Of a stretch of DNA of 64,000 nucleotides, positions 30,764 through 41,414 are shown in pieces. The notes under the pieces were generated by a model. It saw nothing but the letters and a program-made list of their open reading frames with translations. It ran no database searches and had not been told where the DNA came from. Numbering within the stretch: position 1 is the first letter of the stretch; each line of letters begins with the position of its first letter. This stretch comes from Promethearchaeota archaeon (GTDB lineage: Archaea; Asgardarchaeota; Lokiarchaeia; Sigyniarchaeales; SOKP01), in contig JAEOTR010000025.1 of NCBI GenBank assembly GCA_016839705.1, positions 18,416 through 82,415 of the forward strand. Direction: 5' to 3'. A program made the position numbers and the translations under genes.

Positions 30764-31675
30764 TTATCCTTTATATATCTGTGTTCCCGCTTTTCCTTCT
30801 AAAGCTTCAATAATTTTATCAATGGAAGTTATTATTGCTTTTTCTCCACCAGATTCTAAAAAATTTATAACTGCTTGAATTTTTGGACCCATACTTCCCG
30901 CGGGAAATTGTTCTTCTTCTAAATATTTCCTTGCTTCAGAGATTGATAATTTTTCTAAATCTTGCTGGTCTTGGGTTCCATAATTAAGAGAAACTTTTTC
31001 TACGTCAGTTGCTATTAATAGAATATCCGCGCCAATTTGTTCAGCTAATTTTGCACTTGCGAGATCTTTATCTATTACCGCTTCAACCCCATAAAGTCTT
31101 TTTTTTTCTTTTATTACAGGAATACCTCCACCTCCGCATGCAATTATGATCCAACTTCCTAATTCCATTAATTTTTTTATCTCACGCCATTGATAAATTT
31201 TTATAGGTTTTGGGGAGGGAACTACTCGGCGATAACCTTTTGCAGTTTTAACATACCCTGGTTTTGGCACTGAATAAGCAGGACCTATTGGTTTAGTGGG
31301 ATTGAGGAATGCAGGGTCTTCTGCATCTACTTTAACATATGTTAAAATCGTAAGGAACAACTTTTCTTCATCAAGGTCGATTTTCATTAGTTCTTCGTCT
31401 AAAGTTGATTCAATCATGAAGCCTATTTGCCCTTGAGTTTCAGCAACTAAGATTTGTAATGGTCTCTTCGAAACTGCCTTTGTAGCTTCTTGTTGTAGCA
31501 ATAGATTTCCCACCTGTGGACCGTTTCCATGAGTTATTATTATATTATATTCCTTAGCTAATTGTGCTATTTGACTTATTGGTACATGCAAGTTCCTGAA
31601 TTGCTCTTCTGTCGTACCTTCATCACCAAATTTTATTAAAGCATTCCCACCCAATGCTACAATTAACGTTTTCAA
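30764..31675 (-). CDS. arcC: Carbamate kinase
   Basis: VALGGNAL, THGNGPQVG, PTKPIG, RRVVPSP, GGGGIPV, VIDKD, GSMGPK. Confidence 0.96.
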   Translation of the reverse strand: MKTLIVALGGNALIKFGDEGTTEEQFRNLHVPISQIAQLAKEYNIIITHGNGPQVGNLLLQQEATKAVSKRPLQILVAETQGQIGFMIESTLDEELMKIDLDEEKLFLTILTYVKVDAEDPAFLNPTKPIGPAYSVPKPGYVKTAKGYRRVVPSPKPIKIYQWREIKKLMELGSWIIIACGGGGIPVIKEKKRLYGVEAVIDKDLASAKLAEQIGADILLIATDVEKVSLNYGTQDQQDLEKLSISEARKYLEEEQFPAGSMGPKIQAVINFLESGGEKAIITSIDKIIEALEGKAGTQIYKG

Positions 31676-31961
31676 AGAATAACCTCTGAAGTTTAAAGAA
31701 TTAACACAAATGGAAAAATTATAATATTTAGCTTATTATTTAAAATTTTTCTCGGAAAAATAACATTATTGCATATTGTATATATAGATGATTTTGATTA
31801 TTACCTAATGGTATTTATGCTAAATAATTGATTATATTTCTATTTCAAATAATAACCTCAAATATTAAGATATTAACACAATTGAAAAATTATTGATGTT
31901 TAACTTTATATTTAAAATTTGTCTAGTGGCTTTCTGGTTAATCAACGTAAACTGCTTTAAA

Positions 31962-33266
31962 CTAAGGAATAATTAATGAATATAAAGTTAAGTAGGTTAT
32001 ACTAACTCCAATATGCACTAAAGTCATCATAGAACCATATTTTAATAACGATATATAATTGAAATCTGATACATCATTTTTTTCTGCGAGGTTTAAAGTT
32101 ATTAAATCACATGCCGCTCCCTGTGGTAAAAAATTCGAACCAATATTTATCCCTAGGAGAATTGCCATAATAATTAGGTTAGGAACTTGCTCAATACCAT
32201 ATATATTTTGCATTAATGTGATAAATACGAGGGCTGTTGGAATTTGGGCTAAAAAACCTGATAACACACTTATCATCAACAAAATGGTTATAGCAGCAAT
32301 AAGAGCATTATCCGAGATAAAATTTCCTATTAAATCACCAATAATTATGAAAGTTCCATTTATTTGCATTGTAGCCATAAGGAGGAATATTCCGATAAAA
32401 AATGTAATAACCTTTAGATCAGTTTTTAGAAGAATTTCCGTAAAGTCCTTTCGATTTAAAAGACTCATTACGACAGCACCAACAACAGCGACTATATAGG
32501 CCGAAGGGATAATAATAAATCCAATAATAATAATAACAAATGATATCGAATTGAAAACAAATTTCTTTTTATTAGCAATAACTATGTTAGGATCCATGAT
32601 ATCAAGAAGAATTTTTCTATATTTTTCAGGAGGGGGTTCTTGCTTTCTAAGCATGGTAAAATCTACAAGGAAAAGGGTATAAATTAGAGTTGGAATAACT
32701 ATCAGAGTAAAATTTGTTATAAAGTAAATGAAATTAAGTTAAAAAGCATTTGCAATTAGAATATTCTCAGCTGAACTAAAAGGAGTGTAAATCGATCCAA
32801 TATTTATCGTAAAACTAAGACCAAAAAGATAAGGTGCGGGATTTATTTTCAAGATTCTACATGCTCGTATAACAATAGGTACAAAAATTATTCCAACTGT
32901 AATATCAGAAATAATTGCTGAAGTTAAACTCGCCACAAGACAGATCAAATAGAAAAATTTTCTATGATCAGCTTTTGTCCAATGAAGGGTTTTTAAGATA
33001 AGCCACCTAAATATTCTATTCTCTTCCATAATAGCAATTATAATTTGCATACAAATTATAAAAAATAACGGTTCAAATTCGACATAGTTCATAAAGTCTG
33101 AAAACCCAACACCAAAGACACTACCGGCAACAACACATGCAATAACTGCTGCCAGTATTGTAAAAGAAATATAGTCAATTCGTTCATTAGTAAAGATTAC
33201 CATTATTGCAATAAACAGAACAGCTGAAACAATAATAGATGCAATTTCGTACATATTACTTTTCAA
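31962..33266 (-). pseudogene. SLC13/ArsB/NhaD-type permease interrupted by one in-frame TAA
   Basis: ORFs 32739-33266 and 31962-32654 are in the same frame; TAA at 32739-32741 is followed by 28 open hydrophobic codons; NIGSIYTP and NIGSNFLP repeats of the ion-transporter superfamily. Confidence 0.7.
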
Positions 33267-33356
33267 TTTTGATTATTAAGTTTTGATTTTAATAACCTGT
33301 ATAAAATTTTTATTTTTCCTTACAACAACAATCCTAAAGTGTAATCAACTGTTAAT

Positions 33357-34289
33357 TTAATATTTATCTCGTAAAAATAGCATAATTGCTTTTTGAATGT
33401 GTAATCTATTTTCCGCTTGATCAAACACAACAGATTGGGGTCCATCAATTACTTCAGCAGTTTGTTCATACTCTCTCATTGCTGGTAAACAATTCATAAA
33501 TATAGCATCTGATTTTGCTGTTTTCATAACTGTTGATGTAACTTGGAAAGGTAAGAAAGCTTTCTTACGATCTTCTTCTTGTTCTATTGGAATTCCATAA
33601 CTCATCCAGCTATCTGTATATATAACATCAGCATCTTTAGCAGCGGTTAGAGTATCATTCATTATTCTTATTTCCGCACCAGTATTTTTTGATAAAGTTT
33701 CTACTTCCTCTAAAACAGATTTTTCAGGTGTATATTTAGAATCTTGAGGACATGCTACATCCATTTTTAAACCAAATAAAGCACACATTCTCATTAGATC
33801 ATACGTAACATTATTATACGCATCCCCAAAATAAGATAGCTTAAAATTATCTAGATTGTTTCGTTTTTCTTTTATCGTTTGAAAATCTCCAAGAATTTGG
33901 CAGGGATGTGCAAAGTCATCAAGCATGTTAATTACAGGTACATCAGCATATTCAGCAAGATCCCACACATCTTTTCTGTTATAAACACGTGCAGCAATTA
34001 TATCTACAAATCTTGAAGCTACTTTTGCCGTATCACTAATATTCTCTTTTTTTCCTAAGGGAGAATCTTTAATTGAATAGAAAATCGCATGACCCCCTAA
34101 TTGTTGCATACCTGTTTCAAAGGAAATTCTAGTCCTTAAGGAGGGCTTTTCAAATAGCATTAGGAGTGTCTCTCCTTCTAAGGAAGACACGAACTTTTTA
34201 GGATTTTTCTTAATTTCAATAGATTTGTTAATAACTTTTTCACATTCTGCACGAGAGAAGTCAGAGACTTTTAATAGATTTCTTACCAT
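33357..34289 (-). CDS. arcB: Ornithine carbamoyltransferase (probably catabolic)
   Basis: FEKPSLRTR, HPCQ, YTDSWMSY, FMNCLPA, QAENRLH; near arcC. Confidence 0.9.
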   Translation of the reverse strand: MVRNLLKVSDFSRAECEKVINKSIEIKKNPKKFVSSLEGETLLMLFEKPSLRTRISFETGMQQLGGHAIFYSIKDSPLGKKENISDTAKVASRFVDIIAARVYNRKDVWDLAEYADVPVINMLDDFAHPCQILGDFQTIKEKRNNLDNFKLSYFGDAYNNVTYDLMRMCALFGLKMDVACPQDSKYTPEKSVLEEVETLSKNTGAEIRIMNDTLTAAKDADVIYTDSWMSYGIPIEQEEDRKKAFLPFQVTSTVMKTAKSDAIFMNCLPAMREYEQTAEVIDGPQSVVFDQAENRLHIQKAIMLFLRDKY

Positions 34290-34374
34290 TTTGATTTCCT
34301 TTTAATTATGATAGCTAATATTTTTTAATAATATGAACTGATTAAAATCGTTTTGTACTCTAATATTACGACTT

Positions 34375-34402
34375 TTAATTTTATAGATTTAATTTTATAG
34401 AT
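34375..34402. repeat. Perfect 14-bp tandem duplication TTAATTTTATAGAT x2 in the divergent arcB/DRG intergenic region
   Basis: Read directly from the sequence; AT-rich, so of limited significance. Confidence 0.6.
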
Positions 34403-34471
34403 CTCAAAAGAGGTGCCGTGGGATAATAATATAGAAAAATTTTTTGATTATAATAGTTTTATATTAATGGA

Positions 34472-35620
34472 ATGAGTGAAAAAGTTGAAGATCGAATAAA
34501 AGAACTAGAAGAACGATTGGCTTCCACCAAGGTAAACAAAGCTACACAAAAAAGTATAAATTTCATTAAAGCACAATTAGCCAAACTCAGAGAAAGCTTG
34601 ATTCAAATCGTGAGTTCTAAAAAAGGCGGTGGTGGTGGCTTTGGGATTAAAAAATCGGGTGATGCTCAAGTAGCTTTTATTGGATTTCCCTCCGTTGGCA
34701 AATCTTCATTACTTAACCTATTGACAGAAGGTGATACTCATTCAAAAGTAGCAGCTTACGATTTCACTACAATAACTGCCATTCCTGGTATGATGAATAT
34801 TGAAGATGCCAAAATTCAGCTCATAGATTTACCTGGTATCATATTAGGGGCTGCTACTGGAAAAGGCAGAGGGAAGGAAGTCTTAGGAGCGGTACGATCC
34901 GCTGAATTAATTCTGATAATTATTTGTTTTCGAGAAGATGGAACCATCAATTTTCAAGATTTAAAAAAAATTAGAAATGAACTTCATAATGCGGGGATCC
35001 GTTTAAATAGTCGACCATCACGGATTTCTATTAAAGAACAAACTCGAGGTGGGATTCACTACTCCTCAAAAGGATCTCAATTAATGGATAAAGATGAGGT
35101 TAAAGCTTTACTAAACGAATTGGGTCTGCGCAATGCAGGTGTACATTTTTCTGAACCAAATATTACGGCAGATCAATTAATTGATTTTATAATGGGAAAT
35201 AGGGTATATACTAAAGAATTTATTGTAATTAATAAAGTAGATTTGATGAAGATTCCACTCTCCCCAGAAGAAATTACGGAATCTATTGGGCATAATCATT
35301 GGGTTATGATTTCAGTAAAAAATCAAGAAAATATAAATACCCTTCGCCATCGGATTTTCCAAGAATTGAATTTAATTCGAGTATATTTGAAGCCTCCTAA
35401 AGAAGAAGCAGATATGGAGGAACCGATAATTCTTCATAAGGGAGATACTATGAGAACTCTTTGTAGTAAGATTCATAAAAGGTTTGTAAAAGACTTTCGG
35501 TTTTCGCTAATATGGGGGAAATCAGCAAGACATCCCGGTCAAAAAATTGCCAACTTAAACCATATAATTGAAGATGGTGATATTATTTCAATTTATACTA
35601 AAATGGGTATAAATGATTAA
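34472..35620 (+). CDS. DRG/OBG-family GTPase with TGS domain
   Basis: NKATQK..KAQLAKLR, GFPSVGKSS, YDFTT, DLPG, GKGRG, NKVD, WGKSARHPGQ. Confidence 0.92.
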   Translation: MSEKVEDRIKELEERLASTKVNKATQKSINFIKAQLAKLRESLIQIVSSKKGGGGGFGIKKSGDAQVAFIGFPSVGKSSLLNLLTEGDTHSKVAAYDFTTITAIPGMMNIEDAKIQLIDLPGIILGAATGKGRGKEVLGAVRSAELILIIICFREDGTINFQDLKKIRNELHNAGIRLNSRPSRISIKEQTRGGIHYSSKGSQLMDKDEVKALLNELGLRNAGVHFSEPNITADQLIDFIMGNRVYTKEFIVINKVDLMKIPLSPEEITESIGHNHWVMISVKNQENINTLRHRIFQELNLIRVYLKPPKEEADMEEPIILHKGDTMRTLCSKIHKRFVKDFRFSLIWGKSARHPGQKIANLNHIIEDGDIISIYTKMGIND

Positions 35621-35703
35621 TAAAAATGAGGAAATCTAAATTTCATTGAGAAATACTATTTCAATCTGATCTCTTGTTGATAATTATTTACGGATTTAAA
35701 AAG

Positions 35704-36870
35704 TTATTTTAATACTTCTTCATTAAAAAAGCCAGGCTTAGGAGTTAAGCTGTTTAAAATTAGTTTATCGGCAGGAGTGGTTCTTTCCGTCACAATACGA
35801 GCAATTAATTCTCCTAAACCTGGACCTAACATAAAGCCTTGTCCACACATACCTACGGCATTAATATATCCGCTTACTTCTTCAACATTACCCACTATAG
35901 GATTTCCATCATGAGTCATTGGATATAATCCTCGCCATGTTCTCCTAATCTTAATATTCTTCAAGCGTGGTATAAGTTGAACCATCCTTTTTGTAATTTG
36001 AGGTAGAAATGTACTTGTTTCTCTGCGGTCAATTCCGGGAATAGTTGGATTAGGTGTCAAACAAAAAATAATTTTCCCTTCGTTATTTTGATAAAAATAG
36101 TAATTCTTTGAATTTCCAAATTTTTCATCCAAGCAAGGACTAATATCGACAACCATAGGGGAAAAGAACTTTTGAACAGGTTCAGTAATACCCGCTTCAT
36201 GAGATTCTGGTTCTACAGGTAGATCTAAACCGATTAAATTCCCAATATCTTTTGCTTGAGCTCCAGCAGCATTAATAACAATATTAGTTTTATATTTTGA
36301 CTTAGTTGTTTTTATGCCAACAATGCTTCTTTTTTTTAAATTAATATCAATAACTTCTTCATTAAAATGATATTTAGTACCTAATTGCTTTGACCGACGA
36401 TAGAATGAATGTAAAGATAGTAATGGAGAGGCATTCCCATCTTCAGGACTAAAAGTTCCTCCTACTAAACCTTCTTCGTTAATCCCTGGTATAAGTTCTT
36501 TAATTTTTTCAGTTTCGAGAAAATCGATATTCAATCCAAAACTCTTTTGGAGCTTAACTGTATCTTTAAGCATTTTTTTATCTTCATCTGAAAATGCTAA
36601 AAAAGTATATCCTCCTTGATTCCACCAAATATCGTCTCCATACTCTTCTTCCCATTTGGAGAAAATCTCGATTGATCGCTTGCATAATAATGCTTTACCT
36701 ATGTTAGAATGAGTAGCTCGAATACCACCTATTGCATGTTTATTATCTGCTTGAGCAACTGAAGGTAATGAATCGAGGACAAGTGTTCTAAGCCCATCAG
36801 TAGCCATCGCTAAAGCTATTGGAACACCAACACTACCCGCACCAATGATAATTACATCATATTCAACCAT
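35704..36870 (-). CDS. FAD-dependent amino-acid/amine oxidoreductase (proline dehydrogenase/sarcosine oxidase beta-like)
   Basis: IIGAGSVG, GGIRATH, VINAAGA, RRTWRGLYPMTHDGNP, GMCGQGFMLGP. Confidence 0.85.
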   Translation of the reverse strand: MVEYDVIIIGAGSVGVPIALAMATDGLRTLVLDSLPSVAQADNKHAIGGIRATHSNIGKALLCKRSIEIFSKWEEEYGDDIWWNQGGYTFLAFSDEDKKMLKDTVKLQKSFGLNIDFLETEKIKELIPGINEEGLVGGTFSPEDGNASPLLSLHSFYRRSKQLGTKYHFNEEVIDINLKKRSIVGIKTTKSKYKTNIVINAAGAQAKDIGNLIGLDLPVEPESHEAGITEPVQKFFSPMVVDISPCLDEKFGNSKNYYFYQNNEGKIIFCLTPNPTIPGIDRRETSTFLPQITKRMVQLIPRLKNIKIRRTWRGLYPMTHDGNPIVGNVEEVSGYINAVGMCGQGFMLGPGLGELIARIVTERTTPADKLILNSLTPKPGFFNEEVLK

Positions 36871-36872
36871 TG

Positions 36873-38957
36873 CTACACACTTTCCTTTTTATTTCTAATT
36901 CCGGCAAATATCCCCATAGGTACTTCAATAAATAATGGACGTTTCGTTCCCGGTGTAATGTTTTCAGTTGGTATTCCTTCTTCTCGAAATATCTGATTAA
37001 TTAGATGAGTACAAGTTTTCGCTCCACAAGATCCCATTCCCGCTTTAGTTAAAGCCTTCAATTCATTGAAATCCTTTACGCCTGATTGAATCCACTTTCT
37101 TATTTCCCCAACAGTGACACGTTCACATCTACAGACAATTGTATCATCTTCAGTAACAGATTTTTTATATTTTTCAATTGGTTCATGATAACTAGTACTC
37201 ACCAATTTTATCGCAACAGCTTGTTTCGCTATCTCTGAAGGCAATTTTATGGTTATCAATTGAGTTTTTGGAAATTCTGGAAGTATTCTTGCTCTATGTA
37301 TTTCATATTCTCCTAATTCTTTTTCATTGCTAACAACAATTATTTTATGACCTTTTTCTAACTTAGTCTCTGGAAGCTCTAATGGAAAAGTAACCAATGG
37401 ATAATCTTTCTGTTTTCGATAATCATGTAATACTACTGCTAATCCAGGACAAACTGCAATACATTTCCCACATCCAAGACAATCTTTTTCTCCTTTAAAA
37501 TATGGTAATTTAGTGATTAGATCATCTACGGTTTTAATTTGTCCTTGGTCACATACTGAAGTACATGGATTACATGGTATCTCTTGGGTGCAATAAAACA
37601 CTGGATAAATTCCTTCTTCTTTAAAATGGAAATCGGCTTTTAAAGGTTGAGGAGGTTTCGCTTTCATTAATTTAGCAAATCGATGAAGATCATCCATTTT
37701 TTCTCTAAAAGGAATTCCTTTTTCCTGTAGAATTTTTAATGCTTCAATTCTCCCTGTAAATATTGCAGCAGAAGCTTCAGCTATTTCTTGAGCATCTCCT
37801 GCAACCCATACTTTCATATTAAATTCTTTTGCTTTTCGGAAAAACTCATCAACAGGATTTAAGCCAACAGCTATTAAAATTGTATCACAGTTAAATGATT
37901 TTTCAGTACCAGAGAGAATTTTACCCTTTTTATCCAGTTGTCCGATAGTTATTGATTCTACTTTTTTTTCCCCGTTTGCTGAAACTATAGTATGATTAGT
38001 ATATATTGGAACACCTAAACGTCTCAATTTATCTTCATGAACTTTATACCCCCCGCATTGAGACATTGCTTCAATCAAACCAACAACTTCAATTCCCGCT
38101 TGGATCGCGTGATACCCCGCAATTAATCCAACATTCCCTCCCCCAATAATGAAAACCTTTTCTGCTGCTTTTACCAGATCACGATTAACTAAGGTTTGGA
38201 AAGCTCCAGCACCATAAACTCCTGGAAGTGTGTTTCCTGGAAAAATCAGCATCTTTTCTCGAGCTCCAGTGGCAATTAAAAGGCGTTTTGGTTTAACTAA
38301 AATGTATTCCTTATTATTTTTCAGAATTCCTACAAATCCATCACTAAATACTGCTATACACACACTATTTAACCAAACTTGAACATTTGGTAATGATTCA
38401 ATTGATTCACCAAGAATTCTTGCAATATCGATACCTCTTTTTCCTGCATAAACATCTTCTTGAGAGCCAAAAAATTTGTGGGTTTGGAGAACAAGCTTCC
38501 CCCCAAGTCGATCTTTGTCATCAATTAGAATCATATTAAGATTGTGTTCTCCTAGTATTTTAGTAGCAGAGAGTCCGGCAGGTCCCGCCCCTATTACTAG
38601 AATTTCAATATCGATTATTTCTGAATCTCCTATATCAACAAGAAAATCTTCAGCAGGCAATTCTGGTAAGCCATTACAGCTTTCAATAATCATATCCCTT
38701 ATTAGAGGAGTCATACATGCTTTAACGGGAATTCTATTAGCAATTACATTACATTGAGAGCATTGACCATTTGCGCAAAAAATTCCTTGAGGACTTCGAT
38801 CTTTAACATGGTGACCAAAAGTTTTAATATTATTGAGAAAAAGAGCAGAAGATATAACCATACCTTCATACCCAGTTAAGATTTTCCCATCAAAGCTAAA
38901 ATTAATTGCTTTTCTTTCTGGTATATCTAAAATTGGATGATTTTTTATATCTCCCAT
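36873..38957 (-). CDS. Multi-domain alpha subunit (2Fe-2S + FAD + 4Fe-4S ferredoxin + BFD-like 2Fe-2S), proline dehydrogenase/sarcosine oxidase alpha-like
   Basis: FCANGQCSQC, IGAGPAG, ATGARE, CTQEIPCNPC and CLGCGKCIAVCP, CRCERVT..GMGSCGAKTC; 2 nt from the beta gene. Confidence 0.85.
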   Translation of the reverse strand: MGDIKNHPILDIPERKAINFSFDGKILTGYEGMVISSALFLNNIKTFGHHVKDRSPQGIFCANGQCSQCNVIANRIPVKACMTPLIRDMIIESCNGLPELPAEDFLVDIGDSEIIDIEILVIGAGPAGLSATKILGEHNLNMILIDDKDRLGGKLVLQTHKFFGSQEDVYAGKRGIDIARILGESIESLPNVQVWLNSVCIAVFSDGFVGILKNNKEYILVKPKRLLIATGAREKMLIFPGNTLPGVYGAGAFQTLVNRDLVKAAEKVFIIGGGNVGLIAGYHAIQAGIEVVGLIEAMSQCGGYKVHEDKLRRLGVPIYTNHTIVSANGEKKVESITIGQLDKKGKILSGTEKSFNCDTILIAVGLNPVDEFFRKAKEFNMKVWVAGDAQEIAEASAAIFTGRIEALKILQEKGIPFREKMDDLHRFAKLMKAKPPQPLKADFHFKEEGIYPVFYCTQEIPCNPCTSVCDQGQIKTVDDLITKLPYFKGEKDCLGCGKCIAVCPGLAVVLHDYRKQKDYPLVTFPLELPETKLEKGHKIIVVSNEKELGEYEIHRARILPEFPKTQLITIKLPSEIAKQAVAIKLVSTSYHEPIEKYKKSVTEDDTIVCRCERVTVGEIRKWIQSGVKDFNELKALTKAGMGSCGAKTCTHLINQIFREEGIPTENITPGTKRPLFIEVPMGIFAGIRNKKESV

Positions 38958-39003
38958 TCAGACTCTTCTTTTTAGTTTATTACTTTAAGTTTTTTAGCAA
39001 TAT

Positions 39004-39141
39004 TTATAGCTTCTTATTAAAAAGCTGTTGTGAAATTGATAATGCACAGTGTTTTCCACATATCGAAAACACATCTTCATTTATAGGATGCTGTTTTTGA
39101 GGTTCTGTTGGATCAATGCTATGCTTAAATGAGTTTAAACA
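39004..39141 (-). pseudogene. Possible ThiC C-terminal remnant
   Basis: Hand translation SFKHSIDPTEPQKQHPINEDVFSICGKHCALSISQQLFNKKL* resembles the ThiC tail (F..AIDP...CSMCG..CA) with the first Cys replaced; no start codon. Confidence 0.45.
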
Positions 39142-41322
39142 TTATTGGTATGGTTTTATAACTTTGATGATATCTACAAAATCTATTCCTAGCTCTTTCA
39201 CTTTATTTATTGTCGGACATCCTTTTTGATTCCATCCACGTTCACTATAAACAGCATCTTGGAGTTTTGAATATTGTTCTTCTCGGTATTTTCTAAGTAT
39301 CTTTATTTTATCTTCAGTATTTTTGCCACTTATCTCATATCCGAGAGCTTTTAATTGTTTATCATATCTTTCAGCACGACTTTCATATTCTAAAGGCAAT
39401 ACCGGTCCCATGGCTCTATACGGAAGGTTTGAATCATGTTCTCTAAGTCCTCCACCTTGCCTTATGTTGAATATCCTTTGAAAATTATATACCACCTCAC
39501 TCATTTTAATGATGTCATCTGGTGTTGATTGACGTCCTGTGACAGCAGAGAAATATTGAGTATACCATGCAACATGATCAGGGACTCTTGCCCTTACAAG
39601 TTCTCCTGTCTTAGGATCTTTAATAGGGTAGTCTGCTTGAGATTTAGGTTGAATATCATTCCATGGGAGCTTGCATAATCCACAAAGTCCAAACCAAGTC
39701 CGCCATAATGGAAACCAACGTAAAGCTTTTGCTTTATCCTCGAAAGTTGGAAGGGAATTTCTTATTACATCCTCGAATATTAACCAGGCTTCATCATGCT
39801 GAGGACCCTTATTTGTAAGTCCATATCCACCCTGTTGAGCTAATGATTCTTTAGTCACATATTCCGAAAACTCTAATCCTTTATGTTCCATTCCGATATC
39901 CTGTACAAAATTTGGATCTGCTCCATATTCCTTGACAAATATTGCTTTCATTTCTTTAATACCTTGACCTACAATTTTTCCAAATCCTTCTCCCTTCGCC
40001 ATTTGATGAATTAATTCTATTGCAGCTTCCACATTTCCGAAGCTAAGATCTAACCCACCCGTAACTTTTTTATTTAGGATACCCGCTTCATAACATTCCA
40101 TCACAAAAGCAATACCAGTTCCCACACTTATTGTATCAAGCCCATATGTGTCACAGTAGAAATTTACTTCTAATATCCATTTAGGATGCCATACGTCCCA
40201 ATTTGAACCACATCCAGCAATAGTCTCATATTCGGGACCATCCACAATCACTTTTTGACCTTTGAAAGGACCAGTCATTATTTCATAGTTATCTGAGTAA
40301 TGTGAACAGCTAACAGTACACCCTATCCAGCATCCATCTGCCCCTTCTTTTCCAGAATAGATTCTTCTCATATTTTCCCTACTATAAGGAATATCTTTTC
40401 CACTAATTTCTTTATGTGTACCATATCTGAAATTTTCAGTAGGTAATAGGTCGGTTACATTCATAATATCGGGAAGATGTCCGGTACCTACTCTTCTCAT
40501 TTCATTTTGAATAGGATCCAGTTCCATGACTTCTTGGCTGTGTTTTTTACCTAATTCTTTCGCTGCGTCTAGATTATCGGGGTTATTTGATTTTACAGTA
40601 ACTTTTGGGGTTCGACAAACCAATGCTTTGATCTTTTTATCTGCAAAAACAGAACCTATTCCCCCCCTACCAGCCTGTTTACATGAAGCCCAGTTCCGTC
40701 CCCGTACAAACCACGAAAAGTTTAGCATCCCCCATTTTGAATGTTTTGCTGCAGGACCAGTACTAACTACGGAAATGCGTTGTTTTTCATTTTCATCTTG
40801 AGCGTATTTCTCGGTTAATTGTTGGGTAAGTTCATGTGAATATATTGAAAGGTTATCATCTTCCTCTACAACTTTAATTTGGATGATACCCTCAACACCA
40901 TCGATATAAATAACAACTTCCTTTTCAGCTTTCCCTTGTATTTCAATCGTATCAAAACCCGAAAATTTTAAGTATGGACCAAAATATCCTCCCACATTGC
41001 TGTCAACAACTAATCCTGTTAAGGGGGAAATCGTGGTGACTATACTCTTCCCCGATCCTGGATAAAACACACTTCCTCCTAATGGGCCTGAAGCAATACA
41101 GATTTCATTCTCTGGGTCATTCCACTTTACTATTTTATCTTTTGGAAGGGAATTCCACATAAGCCATAGATCAAAACCTTTTCCACCTATGAATTTATCT
41201 TTCATTCCATCTGAAACAGGTTTAATAGTGATTTCATTATTTGAAAGATTTATATATAAAGTTCGATTCATATAACCTTTCTGGGCATTACGAAGTTCAT
41301 ATTTTTTTTCTGCTAAAATCAA
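39142..41322 (-). CDS. Aldehyde:ferredoxin oxidoreductase (W/Mo-pterin AOR family)
   Basis: FIGGKG, SPLTG..DSNVGG, AGRGGIG, CWIGCTVSC, GPEYET, CDTYGLDTIS, GLCGLC. Confidence 0.92.
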   Translation of the reverse strand: MILAEKKYELRNAQKGYMNRTLYINLSNNEITIKPVSDGMKDKFIGGKGFDLWLMWNSLPKDKIVKWNDPENEICIASGPLGGSVFYPGSGKSIVTTISPLTGLVVDSNVGGYFGPYLKFSGFDTIEIQGKAEKEVVIYIDGVEGIIQIKVVEEDDNLSIYSHELTQQLTEKYAQDENEKQRISVVSTGPAAKHSKWGMLNFSWFVRGRNWASCKQAGRGGIGSVFADKKIKALVCRTPKVTVKSNNPDNLDAAKELGKKHSQEVMELDPIQNEMRRVGTGHLPDIMNVTDLLPTENFRYGTHKEISGKDIPYSRENMRRIYSGKEGADGCWIGCTVSCSHYSDNYEIMTGPFKGQKVIVDGPEYETIAGCGSNWDVWHPKWILEVNFYCDTYGLDTISVGTGIAFVMECYEAGILNKKVTGGLDLSFGNVEAAIELIHQMAKGEGFGKIVGQGIKEMKAIFVKEYGADPNFVQDIGMEHKGLEFSEYVTKESLAQQGGYGLTNKGPQHDEAWLIFEDVIRNSLPTFEDKAKALRWFPLWRTWFGLCGLCKLPWNDIQPKSQADYPIKDPKTGELVRARVPDHVAWYTQYFSAVTGRQSTPDDIIKMSEVVYNFQRIFNIRQGGGLREHDSNLPYRAMGPVLPLEYESRAERYDKQLKALGYEISGKNTEDKIKILRKYREEQYSKLQDAVYSERGWNQKGCPTINKVKELGIDFVDIIKVIKPYQ

Positions 41323-41414
41323 TTAATTACACCAAATCTAAAATAAAAATATTAAAAAATCATAGAGGCGGATTATAATAAAGATTAAATTACCTATAAT
41401 TTAAAAAAATATAG

